From an uncultured Pseudomonadota bacterium (GTDB lineage Bacteria; Oederibacteriota; Muellerivitia; Muellerivitales; Muellerivitaceae), in contig CAWJKT010000011.1 of the NCBI GenBank assembly GCA_963843375.1, positions 141,954-205,953 of the forward strand: a stretch of 64,000 nt of DNA. Direction: 5' to 3'. Positions 18,779 through 28,790 of the stretch are shown one piece after another. The notes under the pieces are model-generated. The model saw only the letters and a list, made by a program, of their open reading frames with translations, did no database searches and was not told the origin of the DNA. A program made the position numbers and the translations under genes. Every line of letters begins with the position of its first letter. The stretch's first letter is position 1.

Positions 18779-21596
18779 ATGGCCTTTATTTTGATCGCGC
18801 TCTGTTTTATTTGGTTTTCAGGCTTTGGAGCAAGCCCCAGCAAGATATCCACTCCTTTCTCTCATAACAATTCATTCCATCCCGCACCCTATCGGCCGAT
18901 CCATTTGGCTCAAAATTACGGCCAACTTCCAATGGCCTTTGAACCCAACCAAGGGCAGACCGATTCTCAAGTCCAGTACTTGGCGAGAGGCAGGGGGTAC
19001 AATCTTTTTATTACCAATCAGGAAGCCGTCTTAGTCCTGAAAAAACCAACGGCAAATCCCCCCATTAGCCCTCCCCGAAAGAGGGCCAAAGGGTTTTCCC
19101 GGACATCCGTATTTTCGAAAGCTAAGGGAAATACTCCCCCTACCGTCATCCATATGGAACTGGATGGCGCTAAATCGGGAGGTGTTTTTGAAAGTCTGGA
19201 GAAACTTCCCGGGATCAGCAATTATTTCATTGGAAAGGACCGTTCCAAGTGGCATCGGAACATTCCGCAATATGGCAAGGTCCAAACTTCCGACATTTAT
19301 CCCGGCGTGGACCTGGTTTATTTCGGCAACCAGGGAAAGTTGGAGTACGATTTTGTCGTTAAGCCGGGGGCCGACCCCAATGCCATCCACTTAAAATATG
19401 AAGGCGCCAAAGCCTCCCACGTCAATGCCCAGGGGGATTTGGAACTCGACACTGACCAGGGAACGCTTCTTTTCCGGGCTCCGTCCCTATACCAGGAATC
19501 CGAGGGACTAAAAAATTCCGTGGAAGGCCGTTATCGTTTGGATGAAGTTGGAAAGGTGGGTTTTGAGGTGAAGGACTACGACCGAACAAAACCCCTTGTT
19601 ATTGACCCGGTGCTGGACTTTTCCACCTTTTGGGGCGGCAGCGGCCAGGATGAGAGTTTTGGCATCGCCTTGGATTCCTCCGGAAATGCTTACATTACAG
19701 GCAATACTCAATCCGCTGATTTTCCAACCGTAAATCCTTATCAAGGCGGTTTAGGTGTGGGATCGGGAGGGACGGCTTATCAGAACGCATTTGTAGCGGA
19801 AATCAATTCGGCCGGTACCGCCATGCTTTATTCCACTTACCTTGGCGGCAGTTATTATGACCAAGGCAATGCCATTGCCGTTGATTCCAACGGTGATGCC
19901 TATGTGTCGGGGTTTACCTATTCTCCCGATTTTCCAATTACTCCCGGAGCTATTCAATCCACCTTCGGAGCGTCAGGGACCTATACGCTCTATGATACGT
20001 ACAACACCTTTGTGACCGAGCTCAATCCATCCGGTTCAGGACTCATTTATTCAACCTATTGGGGGGGATCGGTCGATGACATGGCCCTTGGCATTGCCTT
20101 GGATTCCAGTGGAGATGCCTACGTGACGGGGTTCACCTCATTCTCCGGATTTCCCCAAATATAATCCCATTCAGTCGAGTTTAGCCGGGACAGAAAATGC
20201 CTTTGTGTATGAGATCGGGCCTTCAGGTGGTTCGATTGTTTATTCCACCTATTTGGGTGGGAATGGAACGGATGAAGGTGAAGGAATAGCGGTAGATGGA
20301 AGTGGAAATGCTTATGTCACTGGAAACACAACGTCCACCAATTTTCCCACCCAAAGTCCTTACCAGGGGGGGTTGCTGGGCGTACAAAACGGTTTTGTAA
20401 CCAAGGTGAACGCCGGGGGAACGACGTGGATATATTCCACCTATCTGGGTGGAAGTGGCTCCGGTGGAGATGGAGGCGATGCTATCGCCGTGGATAATTC
20501 AGGGGACGCTTATGTGGTGGGTTATACCAGTTCCAACGATTTTCCCACCCAGAGTCCCTTCCAGGGCACTTACGGAGGCGGGAACTATAACGCTTTCGTG
20601 ACGGAATTAAATCCAAGCGCCTCGTCGCTTATCTATTCCACTTTCCTGGGTGGGAGTGGGGAAGATTACGCCGAGGGTGTGGCCTTGGACGGGTTAGGAG
20701 ACGCCTATGTCACCGGATTGGCCTCCTCGCCAAACTTTCCTACACAAAATCCTATTCAAGCCAACCTTTCGGCTTCCGGAGTTAATGTTTTCATTTCAGA
20801 ATTTGTTTACGGTGGTTCAGGACTTATTTTTTCAACTTATCTTGGTGGTTCAGGGGGAGGGGAGATTGGAAAGAGTCTTGCCACTGACGGTCAAGGAGAT
20901 GTCTATGTGACCGGATATACTTTTTCTTCTGATTTTCCCACTCTCAATCCGGTTCAAGGCCTATTTGGGGGAGATAATGATGCTTTTATCCTCGAAATCA
21001 CTCAGCCTCTTCCGCCTACGCCTACGTTTACCCCTACAACCACTCCAACATTCACCCCGACATCCACCTTTACGGCAACCCCCACCTTTACAGCGACTTT
21101 CACTTCCACTTTTACTCCTACGACTACTTTCACCTTCACCCCTACCGCAACCGCCACTCCGACCGCCACTTCTACTTGCACCAGCACCCCCACCGTGACG
21201 GCTTCATCCACTTCTACTAGCACATCAACCTTCACCCCTACCAACAGTCCAACGCCCACCATTACCACCACAGCCACACCAACCCTCACTTCTACACCCG
21301 TCATCATTTCGGTTACGGTCAGCTATCCCTATCCCAACCCGGTTAGCGGCACGGGGCCCCTTTCAATTCCAGTTCAGGCTCCCACGGGTTCGATGGCCCA
21401 TTGGACGGTCTATACCACCGCTTTCCGAAAAGTTTATGACCACACCCAATCCATCCCTGGAAACAATGGCATCCTATCTTGGGATCTGCGGGATACCTGG
21501 GGAAGCCCGGTGGCAAACGGCGTTTATTACATCCGGGTCGCGGTGACGGGCCTGACTTCAGGAACACAAATCCTAAAAGTATTGGTGATTCGTTAA
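18779..21596 (+). pseudogene. large exported SBBP (beta-propeller) repeat protein with Pro/Thr linker and sorting-type C-terminal domain, split by a frameshift near 20150
   Basis: ORFs 18779..20164 and 20205..21596 carry the same repeat (YSTYLGGSG.D.g.gIAvDssGnAYVTG.T.S.dFPT.nP.Q). The first ends ...GFTSFSGFPQI*. One frame over, the text reads FPKYNPIQSSLAGTENAFVYEIGPSGG and runs into the second ORF. The junction is at GGATTTCCCC (20148-20156). C-terminus: about 100-aa T/P/F linker, then YPYPNP...WDLRDTWGSPVANGVYYIRV...KVLVIR. An upstream ATG (18757, MKRNFGI) in another frame suggests a further indel in the signal peptide. Confidence 0.75.
21004..21303 (+). repeat. low-complexity ACN/CCN/TTY codon tract encoding the Pro/Thr/Phe linker
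   Basis: Encodes PLPPTPTFTPTTTPTFTPTSTFTATPTFTATFTSTFTPTTTFTFTPTATATPTATSTCTSTPTVTASSTSTSTSTFTPTNSPTPTITTTATPTLTSTP. These are imperfect short tandem units at the DNA level. Confidence 0.8.
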
Positions 21597-21697
21597 AAGT
21601 ATAGCGAAAAGTCACAAGTGCTATTCTTTCTTTGCCCATTGGGATTCTGGCTTTGGTAAACTAACCGCGCTAATCAAACTATATATATTTGGACCTT

Positions 21698-23224
21698 ATG
21701 AAATCTTTACAGCTTTTCATTCTCCTAACATTAAGCATGGTTAGTTGCTTCCTTTTTTCCTCCAATGCAGGGGCTTACACCTCTTCTGACTATTACAACG
21801 CGGGGCTCCAGCTTTATAACGCCAAGAATTATCAGCAGGCCATTCAGTATTTCGGCGCGGCGATAAGCCTGGATCCCAATAACGCGGCCGCCCTGCAAGG
21901 CCAAGCCAACAGCTATTACGTCCTTGGACAATTCCAGCAGGCTCTGAACGATTATCAAAAAGTACAGGCGCTTCAACCCAACCCCCAACTGGCTTCGATG
22001 ATCCAGGCCTTGCAGGCCAAGGTGGGTGCCGGATCTCCCGCTGCCGCCCCTCCTGTCCCCGGTTCCACTGCGGCTCCCCCCGTTCCCGGCGCTCCAGCGG
22101 GCGATTCCTTCTCCCAGGGCGTAGCCCTTTTCCAACAACAGCAATATGCCCAGGCGGTTCCCCTCTTTCAAAAGGCCGTGCAGGAAAACCCAAAGGATTC
22201 CAAGGCTTACTATTATTTAGGCGTGGCCCAAGTACAGTCCGCAGACCTGAAGGATGCAGCGGTAGCCTTGGGGATTTCCAACAAGCTCAATCCCAATCCC
22301 TCGGTGGCCGCTTATGTGGATCAGGTCAAGGCCCGTCTATCACCCGAGGACCAGCAATGGGTGGACAACCAAATCGCGTCGGGGAACGCGGGCGGTAGCC
22401 AGTCGGCGTCGGCCTCCCAACCCAAGACTTTCGGTATCCGTCTTGAACCCGGTTTTATTTTTCTGAGCATGTCGGACTTCACCACGAATGCTCAATCCCA
22501 ACAAAATGAAGCCCTGTTGCTTCAACAATCGGGTGATACTTCATTATCCTATAACGGAGTGGTTCCCACGGCCGCGCCCCGCATCGGAGCCGAACCCGTT
22601 CTCCGGCTCGGCCCCAATTTTGAAATCGGGCTTCCCTGGGCCATTATTCCGGCGGGGACCGCAAGTGATACTCTCCAGGATAACGATGGCGACACCATTT
22701 CCGATTCCTACAACATCAACGCCTTTGCGATAGGTTTGAACCTGAGATACCTTTTTGGATCAGGAAGTTTCCAGCCTTATATTGCGGCGGGACCGATGAT
22801 TGTTCCGATCAATATCGGCTATTCTGCTGGGGCTACATTGGGGGGGTTATCCTATTACACGTCTTCGGGAAACTTTACCGGGGTAGACGTTGGAGGGCAG
22901 GCTTCTTTGGGGCTGGATTGGCACTTGGGCGATACGTTCGTTATTACGCCCTATGCGGGTTACCAAATCGCCAGCGGAAATTCATTCCAATCTACGGTCA
23001 ACACCACCGGGGGGACAAGCACAGGTCAAACGGCTCAATTAGAGGTGGTTCCAACTACATCTGGAAATGTCATTACTCCCGTTTCTAACGGTAAATTAAT
23101 TTTACCCCTTCTCAATGGGACTACCTTTTTACCGGCAGGTTCGCAAGCTCCTTCTGGGTCCAGGCCGTTGGAATTGGACATGAGCGGTCCCTTCGGCGGC
23201 ATTCAAATTTCGGCCTTCTTTTAA
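21698..23224 (+). CDS. exported TPR + predicted outer-membrane beta-barrel fusion protein (second copy of this architecture)
   Basis: Signal peptide MKSLQLFILLTLSMVSCFLFSSNAGA. TPR units (YYNAGLQLYNAKNYQQAIQYFGAAISLDPNN...). An Ala/Pro linker and a second TPR block. Then a Gly/aromatic beta-strand region ending GGIQISAFF. The track start 21689 is a TTG; I prefer ATG 21698. Confidence 0.6.
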   Translation: MKSLQLFILLTLSMVSCFLFSSNAGAYTSSDYYNAGLQLYNAKNYQQAIQYFGAAISLDPNNAAALQGQANSYYVLGQFQQALNDYQKVQALQPNPQLASMIQALQAKVGAGSPAAAPPVPGSTAAPPVPGAPAGDSFSQGVALFQQQQYAQAVPLFQKAVQENPKDSKAYYYLGVAQVQSADLKDAAVALGISNKLNPNPSVAAYVDQVKARLSPEDQQWVDNQIASGNAGGSQSASASQPKTFGIRLEPGFIFLSMSDFTTNAQSQQNEALLLQQSGDTSLSYNGVVPTAAPRIGAEPVLRLGPNFEIGLPWAIIPAGTASDTLQDNDGDTISDSYNINAFAIGLNLRYLFGSGSFQPYIAAGPMIVPINIGYSAGATLGGLSYYTSSGNFTGVDVGGQASLGLDWHLGDTFVITPYAGYQIASGNSFQSTVNTTGGTSTGQTAQLEVVPTTSGNVITPVSNGKLILPLLNGTTFLPAGSQAPSGSRPLELDMSGPFGGIQISAFF

Positions 23225-23707
23225 ACCACCCGCAGTCTCGCCTTTTTAAAGTTCAATGTCCTGTTGAGTTCCACTCCAAGAAATTCGCAATCGGATGAAG
23301 TCACTGACACCATCGCAACAATAAGCTTAAATCAAGGGGAGGTTGAAAGCAAAAAAGCCGACAGTGACGCTTTTTTGAACAACGGAAATCACCTTGTTTT
23401 TCAATCATATCCGCAAGGAGTGGTGAAAAATTAGACAGGAGTTTTGATTTAACGGGCAACTTAAAATTGCACAAATAGATTCCTGCTTAACATTAAACCG
23501 AAAACAATCCGGGCCAAAAATGAAAGCCCTTTTATTGGGCACAGTTCATGCTCTTCAAATAGCCTGTAAGTCGCAGCGAGAATCAGTTTCAACGATGGGT
23601 TTCTGAAAAGACCCGTCTTCCATCCAAAACTTTCCTTTGTTTAAAGGCCTTCTGCCAAAGCCCGTTTTTCAGTCGCATTACTTCCACATTTTGTTGAGGG
23701 GGCACTT

Positions 23708-24079
23708 ATGCGGTTTATTGTTAGAATTCCGGAATTAGATTGTTCAATCTATGAAGGTGAAGGCGGGAAAACTAACCTGGAACTTTTTCGTTTGATCCAA
23801 GAGCTGGAGAAGTCAGGGAAATTGGTGGAAGGAGGATTATTGGCCGACGAAAGGGGCGGATTCCTTCTGATGGAATCAGGTTCTTTTTCCGAGCAGGAAA
23901 CCCTGCTGGATTCCATTTTTGATCCCTCGCGCTATAAAGTGGAAAGTCATCCCATACTTCCTTTCAATGAATTATCCACTTTAATGAACAAAATGGAAAA
24001 GCTGGAAAAACCCGCCGTGAAGACGGTGATACACCGCAAGCACAAATCCCGAAAAGCCCCTCAACCCGTGGGGGCTTAA
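23708..24079 (+). CDS. hypothetical protein with basic tail
   Basis: 123-aa ORF with SD GAGGGGG upstream. No family recognised. Confidence 0.5.
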   Translation: MRFIVRIPELDCSIYEGEGGKTNLELFRLIQELEKSGKLVEGGLLADERGGFLLMESGSFSEQETLLDSIFDPSRYKVESHPILPFNELSTLMNKMEKLEKPAVKTVIHRKHKSRKAPQPVGA

Positions 24080-24124
24080 GGGAACCTCAGGGTTTCTTTT
24101 ACCCCAGGCTAAACGATCCGGGAA

Positions 24125-24526
24125 TTATTCTTCTTCGGGTTTTATTTCCAACCAGGCAAGTGCCTCGTTTTTTTCTGTGAAAACTTTGACGTTGAGCCCA
24201 CGGTTGACGGCGACCGTTTCCCCGAATCTCTTGGGGTCAACCAGTGGATGGTTTCCGACAAAAGCGAAGCGGCAACTGGGGATTTTTCCGGCTAATTTTT
24301 CATTGAGATACTTCTTCGCGGCAACCAGGGACAAGTTATAACGGTCCATCGTGGACATTTCACCTTCCGCTTTGCAATAGTCGATTAAAAAGTTGGAAGG
24401 TTTATGTTTTTTACAAGCGTCGATGACTTGATCCGTGAATTGGTCGATTAATGAAGATTCGAAAACACCCTCACAGGTCAACAAAAGGTACCCGGGTTTG
24501 ATCTCAATTTTATAGTCGATGCTCAT
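24125..24526 (-). CDS. hypothetical protein, possibly STAS/SpoIIAA-like fold
   Basis: 133-aa ORF. The pattern KPGYLLLTCEGVF...FLIDY...FAFVGN...VKVFTEKNEALAWL resembles stand-alone STAS-like proteins. Weak call. Confidence 0.45.
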   Translation of the reverse strand: MSIDYKIEIKPGYLLLTCEGVFESSLIDQFTDQVIDACKKHKPSNFLIDYCKAEGEMSTMDRYNLSLVAAKKYLNEKLAGKIPSCRFAFVGNHPLVDPKRFGETVAVNRGLNVKVFTEKNEALAWLEIKPEEE

Positions 24527-24785
24527 CTTGCCGCTTTGGGAGGTGCTATTTTAGTGCCATCATTAGGACAATCTTTGTCCTCATAGCCCGAAGAAGTCAA
24601 GCTGTTCTATTCCTTGGGAAAATGGCTGTTTTCTATTGCTTGAATCAACCTTAATCTTCAATTGTGGGGAAGAAACAAACGGCCAGGGAATAAAACCAGG
24701 GGGTCGATAAAATTGGCGATTTGTGTTCTTGATTTGAATGGAGAAGAGGAAGAATCGTAGACGCCTAAGAGGGCCTAACACCAGC

Positions 24786-25010
24786 TTATGACTGTACGGC
24801 GGCAATAACTTCTTTAAAGTCTTGGAACAATGCCGGTTGAACGATGGGGGTTTCTTCCGACGCCACATAGGGTTCCGCAGTCGTAAAGTCTTTTAACCGA
24901 TATTCGACCGAGCCTTCAATATTGGAATACTCAGTTACTTGATCATCCGGTTTTGGGAATTCGGTGAACTGGTAAGGGGATGCTTCCTCGGGTTTGGCGA
25001 ATGCGTTCAT
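24786..25010 (-). CDS. small acidic hypothetical protein
   Basis: 74-aa ORF only. No motif. Confidence 0.35.
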   Translation of the reverse strand: MNAFAKPEEASPYQFTEFPKPDDQVTEYSNIEGSVEYRLKDFTTAEPYVASEETPIVQPALFQDFKEVIAAVQS

Positions 25011-25182
25011 GTGTGTATTTTAACCCTCAAAATTAAAATTGGGAACCTTTTATTCTTTACATAGAAGGGTCTAAAATAGTTCGGTCAATAAGATTTGGGT
25101 CATATTTGAACGTCCAATCGGCATTTAAAGTAAGATTGTCAAAGCTGGTTTGCAGGGCCAATTCGCTTTTAAGGGGCATCCC

Positions 25183-27075
25183 ATGAGCGTCTCCGATACC
25201 GCAAAACACCTCACCGAGAAGGAAAAAGATTCCCTGGACGTGGCCGAGGGGGCCCGGGAAACGGAATGGACCCAGCCTAGTTTCGTGGCCGAGTTATTCA
25301 TGGGCCGGTTCCGGACGGACCTTATTTCCCCCTATCCCCTCCAATCCCCCGATGACAAGACCATCGGCGACGAATTTATGGTCCGTTTGGAGAATTTTCT
25401 TAAAGATAATTTGGATCCGGATGAAGTGGACCGCACCGGTGACCTTCCTAAAAAAGTAATCGAAGGACTTGCCAAGTTAGGCTGTTGGGGCATGAAAATC
25501 CCCAAAGATTACGGAGGTTTGGGACTTTCGCAGATCAACTACAATCGGGCGGTGGCTCTGGTGGCTTCTTATTGCGGTTCGACGGCCGTATGGCTTTCCG
25601 CCCACCAATCCATCGGCGTTCCCCAGCCCTTGAAGCTTTTCGGCAGTGACGCCCAAAAGAAAAAATACTTCCCAATGTTTGCCAAAGGAGCCATTTCCGC
25701 CTTCGCCCTGACCGAGCCCGGCGTCGGGTCCGACCCCGCCCAAATGACGACGGTGGCCGAACCTTCCCCCGACGGAAAAACATGGACCATCAACGGCAAT
25801 AAACTTTGGTGCACCAATGGTCTGGTAGCTGATGTCATGGCGGTCATGGCTCGAACCCCCTCTAAGATAGTGAACGGGAAAGAAAAAAAGCAGATCACGG
25901 CTTTTATCGTCGAAAAAGGGACGCCGGGAATCGAATACGTGAGCCGTTGCGACTTTATGGGTATCCGAGCTATTCAGAATGGCGTGATTAAATTCAACAA
26001 CGTGAAAGTCCCAACCGAGAATATCCTTTGGGGCGAGGGTCTGGGGTTGAAACTGGCCTTGATCACTTTGAATACCGGAAGGCTCACCCTCCCCGCCGCC
26101 TCCGCCGGCATGAGCAAGCAAGCTTTGCAGATTGCCCGCAACTGGGGCAAGGAACGTGTGCAATGGGGTCAGCCCATCGGCAAGCATGAACCCGGCGCGG
26201 TGAAAATCGCCTATATGGCGGCTTCCACCTTCGCGCAAGAGGCAATGACCTACTATACCTCGGCGCTGGTCGACCGGGGCGGGGCGGATATCCGTCTGGA
26301 AGCGGCGATGGCCAAGCTTTTCTGCAGCGAGGCTTCTTGGAAAATCGTGGACGACCTGATGCAACTCCGTGGCGGGCGGGGATACGAAACCGCCCAATCC
26401 TTGAGAACTCGGGGGGAAAAGGGTTACGCGGTGGAACGAATGATGCGCGATTCCCGCATCAATCGCATCATTGAGGGTACCAGCGAAATCCAACATCTCT
26501 TTATCGCCAGGGAGGCCTTGGACAAACACATGAGTCTTGCGGGGGATCTCTTGAATCCCAAAGCTCCGATGGGCCGGAAGATGAACGCCCTCCTGAAATG
26601 CGCCGCCTTTTATCCTTTCTGGTACCTCCGGCTTTGGCTTCCCACGGGCCTTTGGCCTCGCTTTGCCGGACATGGATCGCTGGGAAAACATATGCGGTTC
26701 GTGGAATGCCGGTCTCGCAAACTAGCCCGCACCCTTTTCCATCAGATGATCAAGTTCGGCCCTAAGCTGGAAAGGCGCCAGATGATCCTGGGTCGGCTGG
26801 TGGAGGTCGGGACTGAGCTTTTCGCCATGGCCGCTTCTTGCGCCAAGGTTATGGAACTGGAAAAACAAAATCCGAGCGAAAACGGCCCCCGCGAGTTAGC
26901 CGATCTCTTCTGCCGCCAGGCACGCTTGCGCATCGGGCAATATTTCCGGGGCGTCTGCTGCAACACTGACGTGAAGGATTCCAAGGCTGCGGTGAAGGCC
27001 ATGGAAGGCGGCTATGAGTGGATGGAAAAAGGAATCATCGTGGATGATGGGGAAGGTTTCAAAGCCAAGAAGTAA
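25183..27075 (+). CDS. long-form acyl-CoA dehydrogenase
   Basis: ACAD N-terminal, middle and C-terminal domains (GCWGMKIPKDYGGLG, FALTEPGVGSDPA, WCTNG, LRGGRGYE...RDSRINRIIEGTSEI) plus a roughly 180-aa C-terminal extension. ATG 25183 has SD AAGGGG. Confidence 0.88.
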   Translation: MSVSDTAKHLTEKEKDSLDVAEGARETEWTQPSFVAELFMGRFRTDLISPYPLQSPDDKTIGDEFMVRLENFLKDNLDPDEVDRTGDLPKKVIEGLAKLGCWGMKIPKDYGGLGLSQINYNRAVALVASYCGSTAVWLSAHQSIGVPQPLKLFGSDAQKKKYFPMFAKGAISAFALTEPGVGSDPAQMTTVAEPSPDGKTWTINGNKLWCTNGLVADVMAVMARTPSKIVNGKEKKQITAFIVEKGTPGIEYVSRCDFMGIRAIQNGVIKFNNVKVPTENILWGEGLGLKLALITLNTGRLTLPAASAGMSKQALQIARNWGKERVQWGQPIGKHEPGAVKIAYMAASTFAQEAMTYYTSALVDRGGADIRLEAAMAKLFCSEASWKIVDDLMQLRGGRGYETAQSLRTRGEKGYAVERMMRDSRINRIIEGTSEIQHLFIAREALDKHMSLAGDLLNPKAPMGRKMNALLKCAAFYPFWYLRLWLPTGLWPRFAGHGSLGKHMRFVECRSRKLARTLFHQMIKFGPKLERRQMILGRLVEVGTELFAMAASCAKVMELEKQNPSENGPRELADLFCRQARLRIGQYFRGVCCNTDVKDSKAAVKAMEGGYEWMEKGIIVDDGEGFKAKK

Positions 27076-27099
27076 AAAAAATCCAAGTCTTGAGGTTTT

Positions 27100-27619
27100 A
27101 TGCGGATTAGGCCGGGAACCCAAGCCGACATTGAGGAAGTCTCCCATGCCTATGCCGAGGCCTGGCGGACGACCTACCAGGGCATTACCCCCGATGCTTT
27201 TGTCAAAGGCATGACGGCTGGGGCGGCAGCTCAAATCTTCAGGGACAGCCTCCAACCCAACGAGTTTTCCTATTTCTTTTACGTGGCCCAGGCCCCCGGT
27301 GGCCGCCTGGTGGGATTCGCGGACGGAGGTAAGGAACGGAGTAACCCCCAAAGCGGGCTGGGTGAACTTTACGCCATTTATCTTCTGAAGGAATTCCAGC
27401 AGCAGGGCGCGGGTCGGAAACTTTTTGAGGCCTCGGTTGAAAGCCTGCTTAGGTCAGGCATGACATTCCATGGTCGTATGGGTCCTGGAGCCCAGTCCTT
27501 ACCGAAAATTTTACGAATCACTGAATGGGAAGTTGGAAACCGGGCGGAAAAATTTGGTGGTTGCCGGAACCCGATTGACTTTGGTGTCTTACAGGTGGGA
27601 CGATCTCAGTTCTATTTGA
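27100..27619 (+). pseudogene. GNAT-family N-acetyltransferase, split by a frameshift near 27463
   Basis: The ORF is GNAT-like up to ...QQQGAGRKLFEASVESLLRSGM (the Q/RxxGxG/A motif is present). The family-typical C-terminus HSMVVWVLEPSPYRKFYESLNGKLETGRKNLVVAGTRLTLVSYRWDDLSSI* is one frame over and stops at 27617-27619. The listed 196-aa tail is out-of-frame junk. Confidence 0.75.
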
Positions 27620-27631
27620 AAGGAAAAAACC

Positions 27632-28744
27632 TTGTCCGAATTTTCCGCTACCCCCGAAGGAACAAAAGAGTACGCCACCCGCTTTCCTGATTTTGTCAAA
27701 ACCGGGCATTACCGGGATTTCATGGGGTTGGTCGTTTCCTCCCTGGGACTGGGCACCTACCTGGGAAACCAGAATGAAACGGACGACCAATTGTATATAG
27801 AAGCGATCAAGGTTGCCCTCGCTTCGGGAATCAACCTGATTGATTCGGCTATCAATTACCGCTGTATGCGAAGCGAGCGCAACATCGGGAAGGCTCTGAG
27901 GGATTTAATCAAAGAAGGGAAAATCAAAAGGGAAGAGATCGTGCTCTGTACCAAGGGCGGTTTCATTCCCTTTGACGGGGAACCACCCGTCAGCATGCCC
28001 CACTATTTTCAGGATACTTACGTCAAAACCAAAATCTGCAAGCCGGAAGACTTGGTGGCGGGTTGCCATTGCATGACCCCGGCTTATCTGCGCAACCAAG
28101 TCGGAAAGTCCCTCCAAAACCTCGGTGTGGATTGCATTGACCTTTATTACCTCCATAATCCCGAAACGCAGTTGGACGAAACCTCCAAAGAGGATTTCTA
28201 TTACCGCTTGGGATTGGCTTTTGAGGAGTTGGAAAAATTGGCACATGAAGGAAAGATCAAGGCTTACGGCACCGCCACTTGGAACGGCTATCGGGTTTCC
28301 TCCGACAGCCCGGAGTATCTTTCGCTTCAGGATGTTTTGAAAACGGCGGAAAAGGCGGGAAAGGGTTCCCACCATTTCAAAGCCCTCCAACTTCCTTATA
28401 ACCTGGGAATGGCCGAGGCCATCGGGGTGGACAACCAGGTTTTGGGGTCGCAAACGGTTTCGCTGCTTCAAGCCGCCCATGCCAACGACGTCGCGGTTTT
28501 CACCAGCGCATCGATCCTCCAAGCCCGTTTGTCCCGCAACCTTCCTCCAGTGGTCGCCAAGACTTTTACGGGTTTGGAGACCGACGCCCAGAGAGCTATC
28601 CAGTTTGTTCGCTCCTCGCCAGGGGTAACATCAGCTTTGGTAGGCATGAAAAAGAAAAACCATGTGGAAGAGAACCTGAAAGTGGCCCGAGTCCCGCCCG
28701 TATCACCCGATAAATTAAAGCTTTTGTTTTCCGAGGGAGCTTGA
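27632..28744 (+). CDS. aldo/keto reductase family oxidoreductase
   Basis: 370 aa. GINLIDSAINY, IDLYYLHNPE, KIKAYGTATW. TTG start with SD AAGGAA. Confidence 0.8.
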   Translation: MSEFSATPEGTKEYATRFPDFVKTGHYRDFMGLVVSSLGLGTYLGNQNETDDQLYIEAIKVALASGINLIDSAINYRCMRSERNIGKALRDLIKEGKIKREEIVLCTKGGFIPFDGEPPVSMPHYFQDTYVKTKICKPEDLVAGCHCMTPAYLRNQVGKSLQNLGVDCIDLYYLHNPETQLDETSKEDFYYRLGLAFEELEKLAHEGKIKAYGTATWNGYRVSSDSPEYLSLQDVLKTAEKAGKGSHHFKALQLPYNLGMAEAIGVDNQVLGSQTVSLLQAAHANDVAVFTSASILQARLSRNLPPVVAKTFTGLETDAQRAIQFVRSSPGVTSALVGMKKKNHVEENLKVARVPPVSPDKLKLLFSEGA

Positions 28745-28790
28745 GTCTAACTAAATACGTTTGAACCGCCTGGTTCAACCTGTTTGATTT

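Noticed and set aside
25477-26691. 404-aa ORF antisense to the acyl-CoA dehydrogenase gene
   Set aside because: Its composition is Arg/Gly/Pro/His-rich junk with no motif. It lies entirely inside a strongly supported sense gene, so it is a typical shadow ORF.
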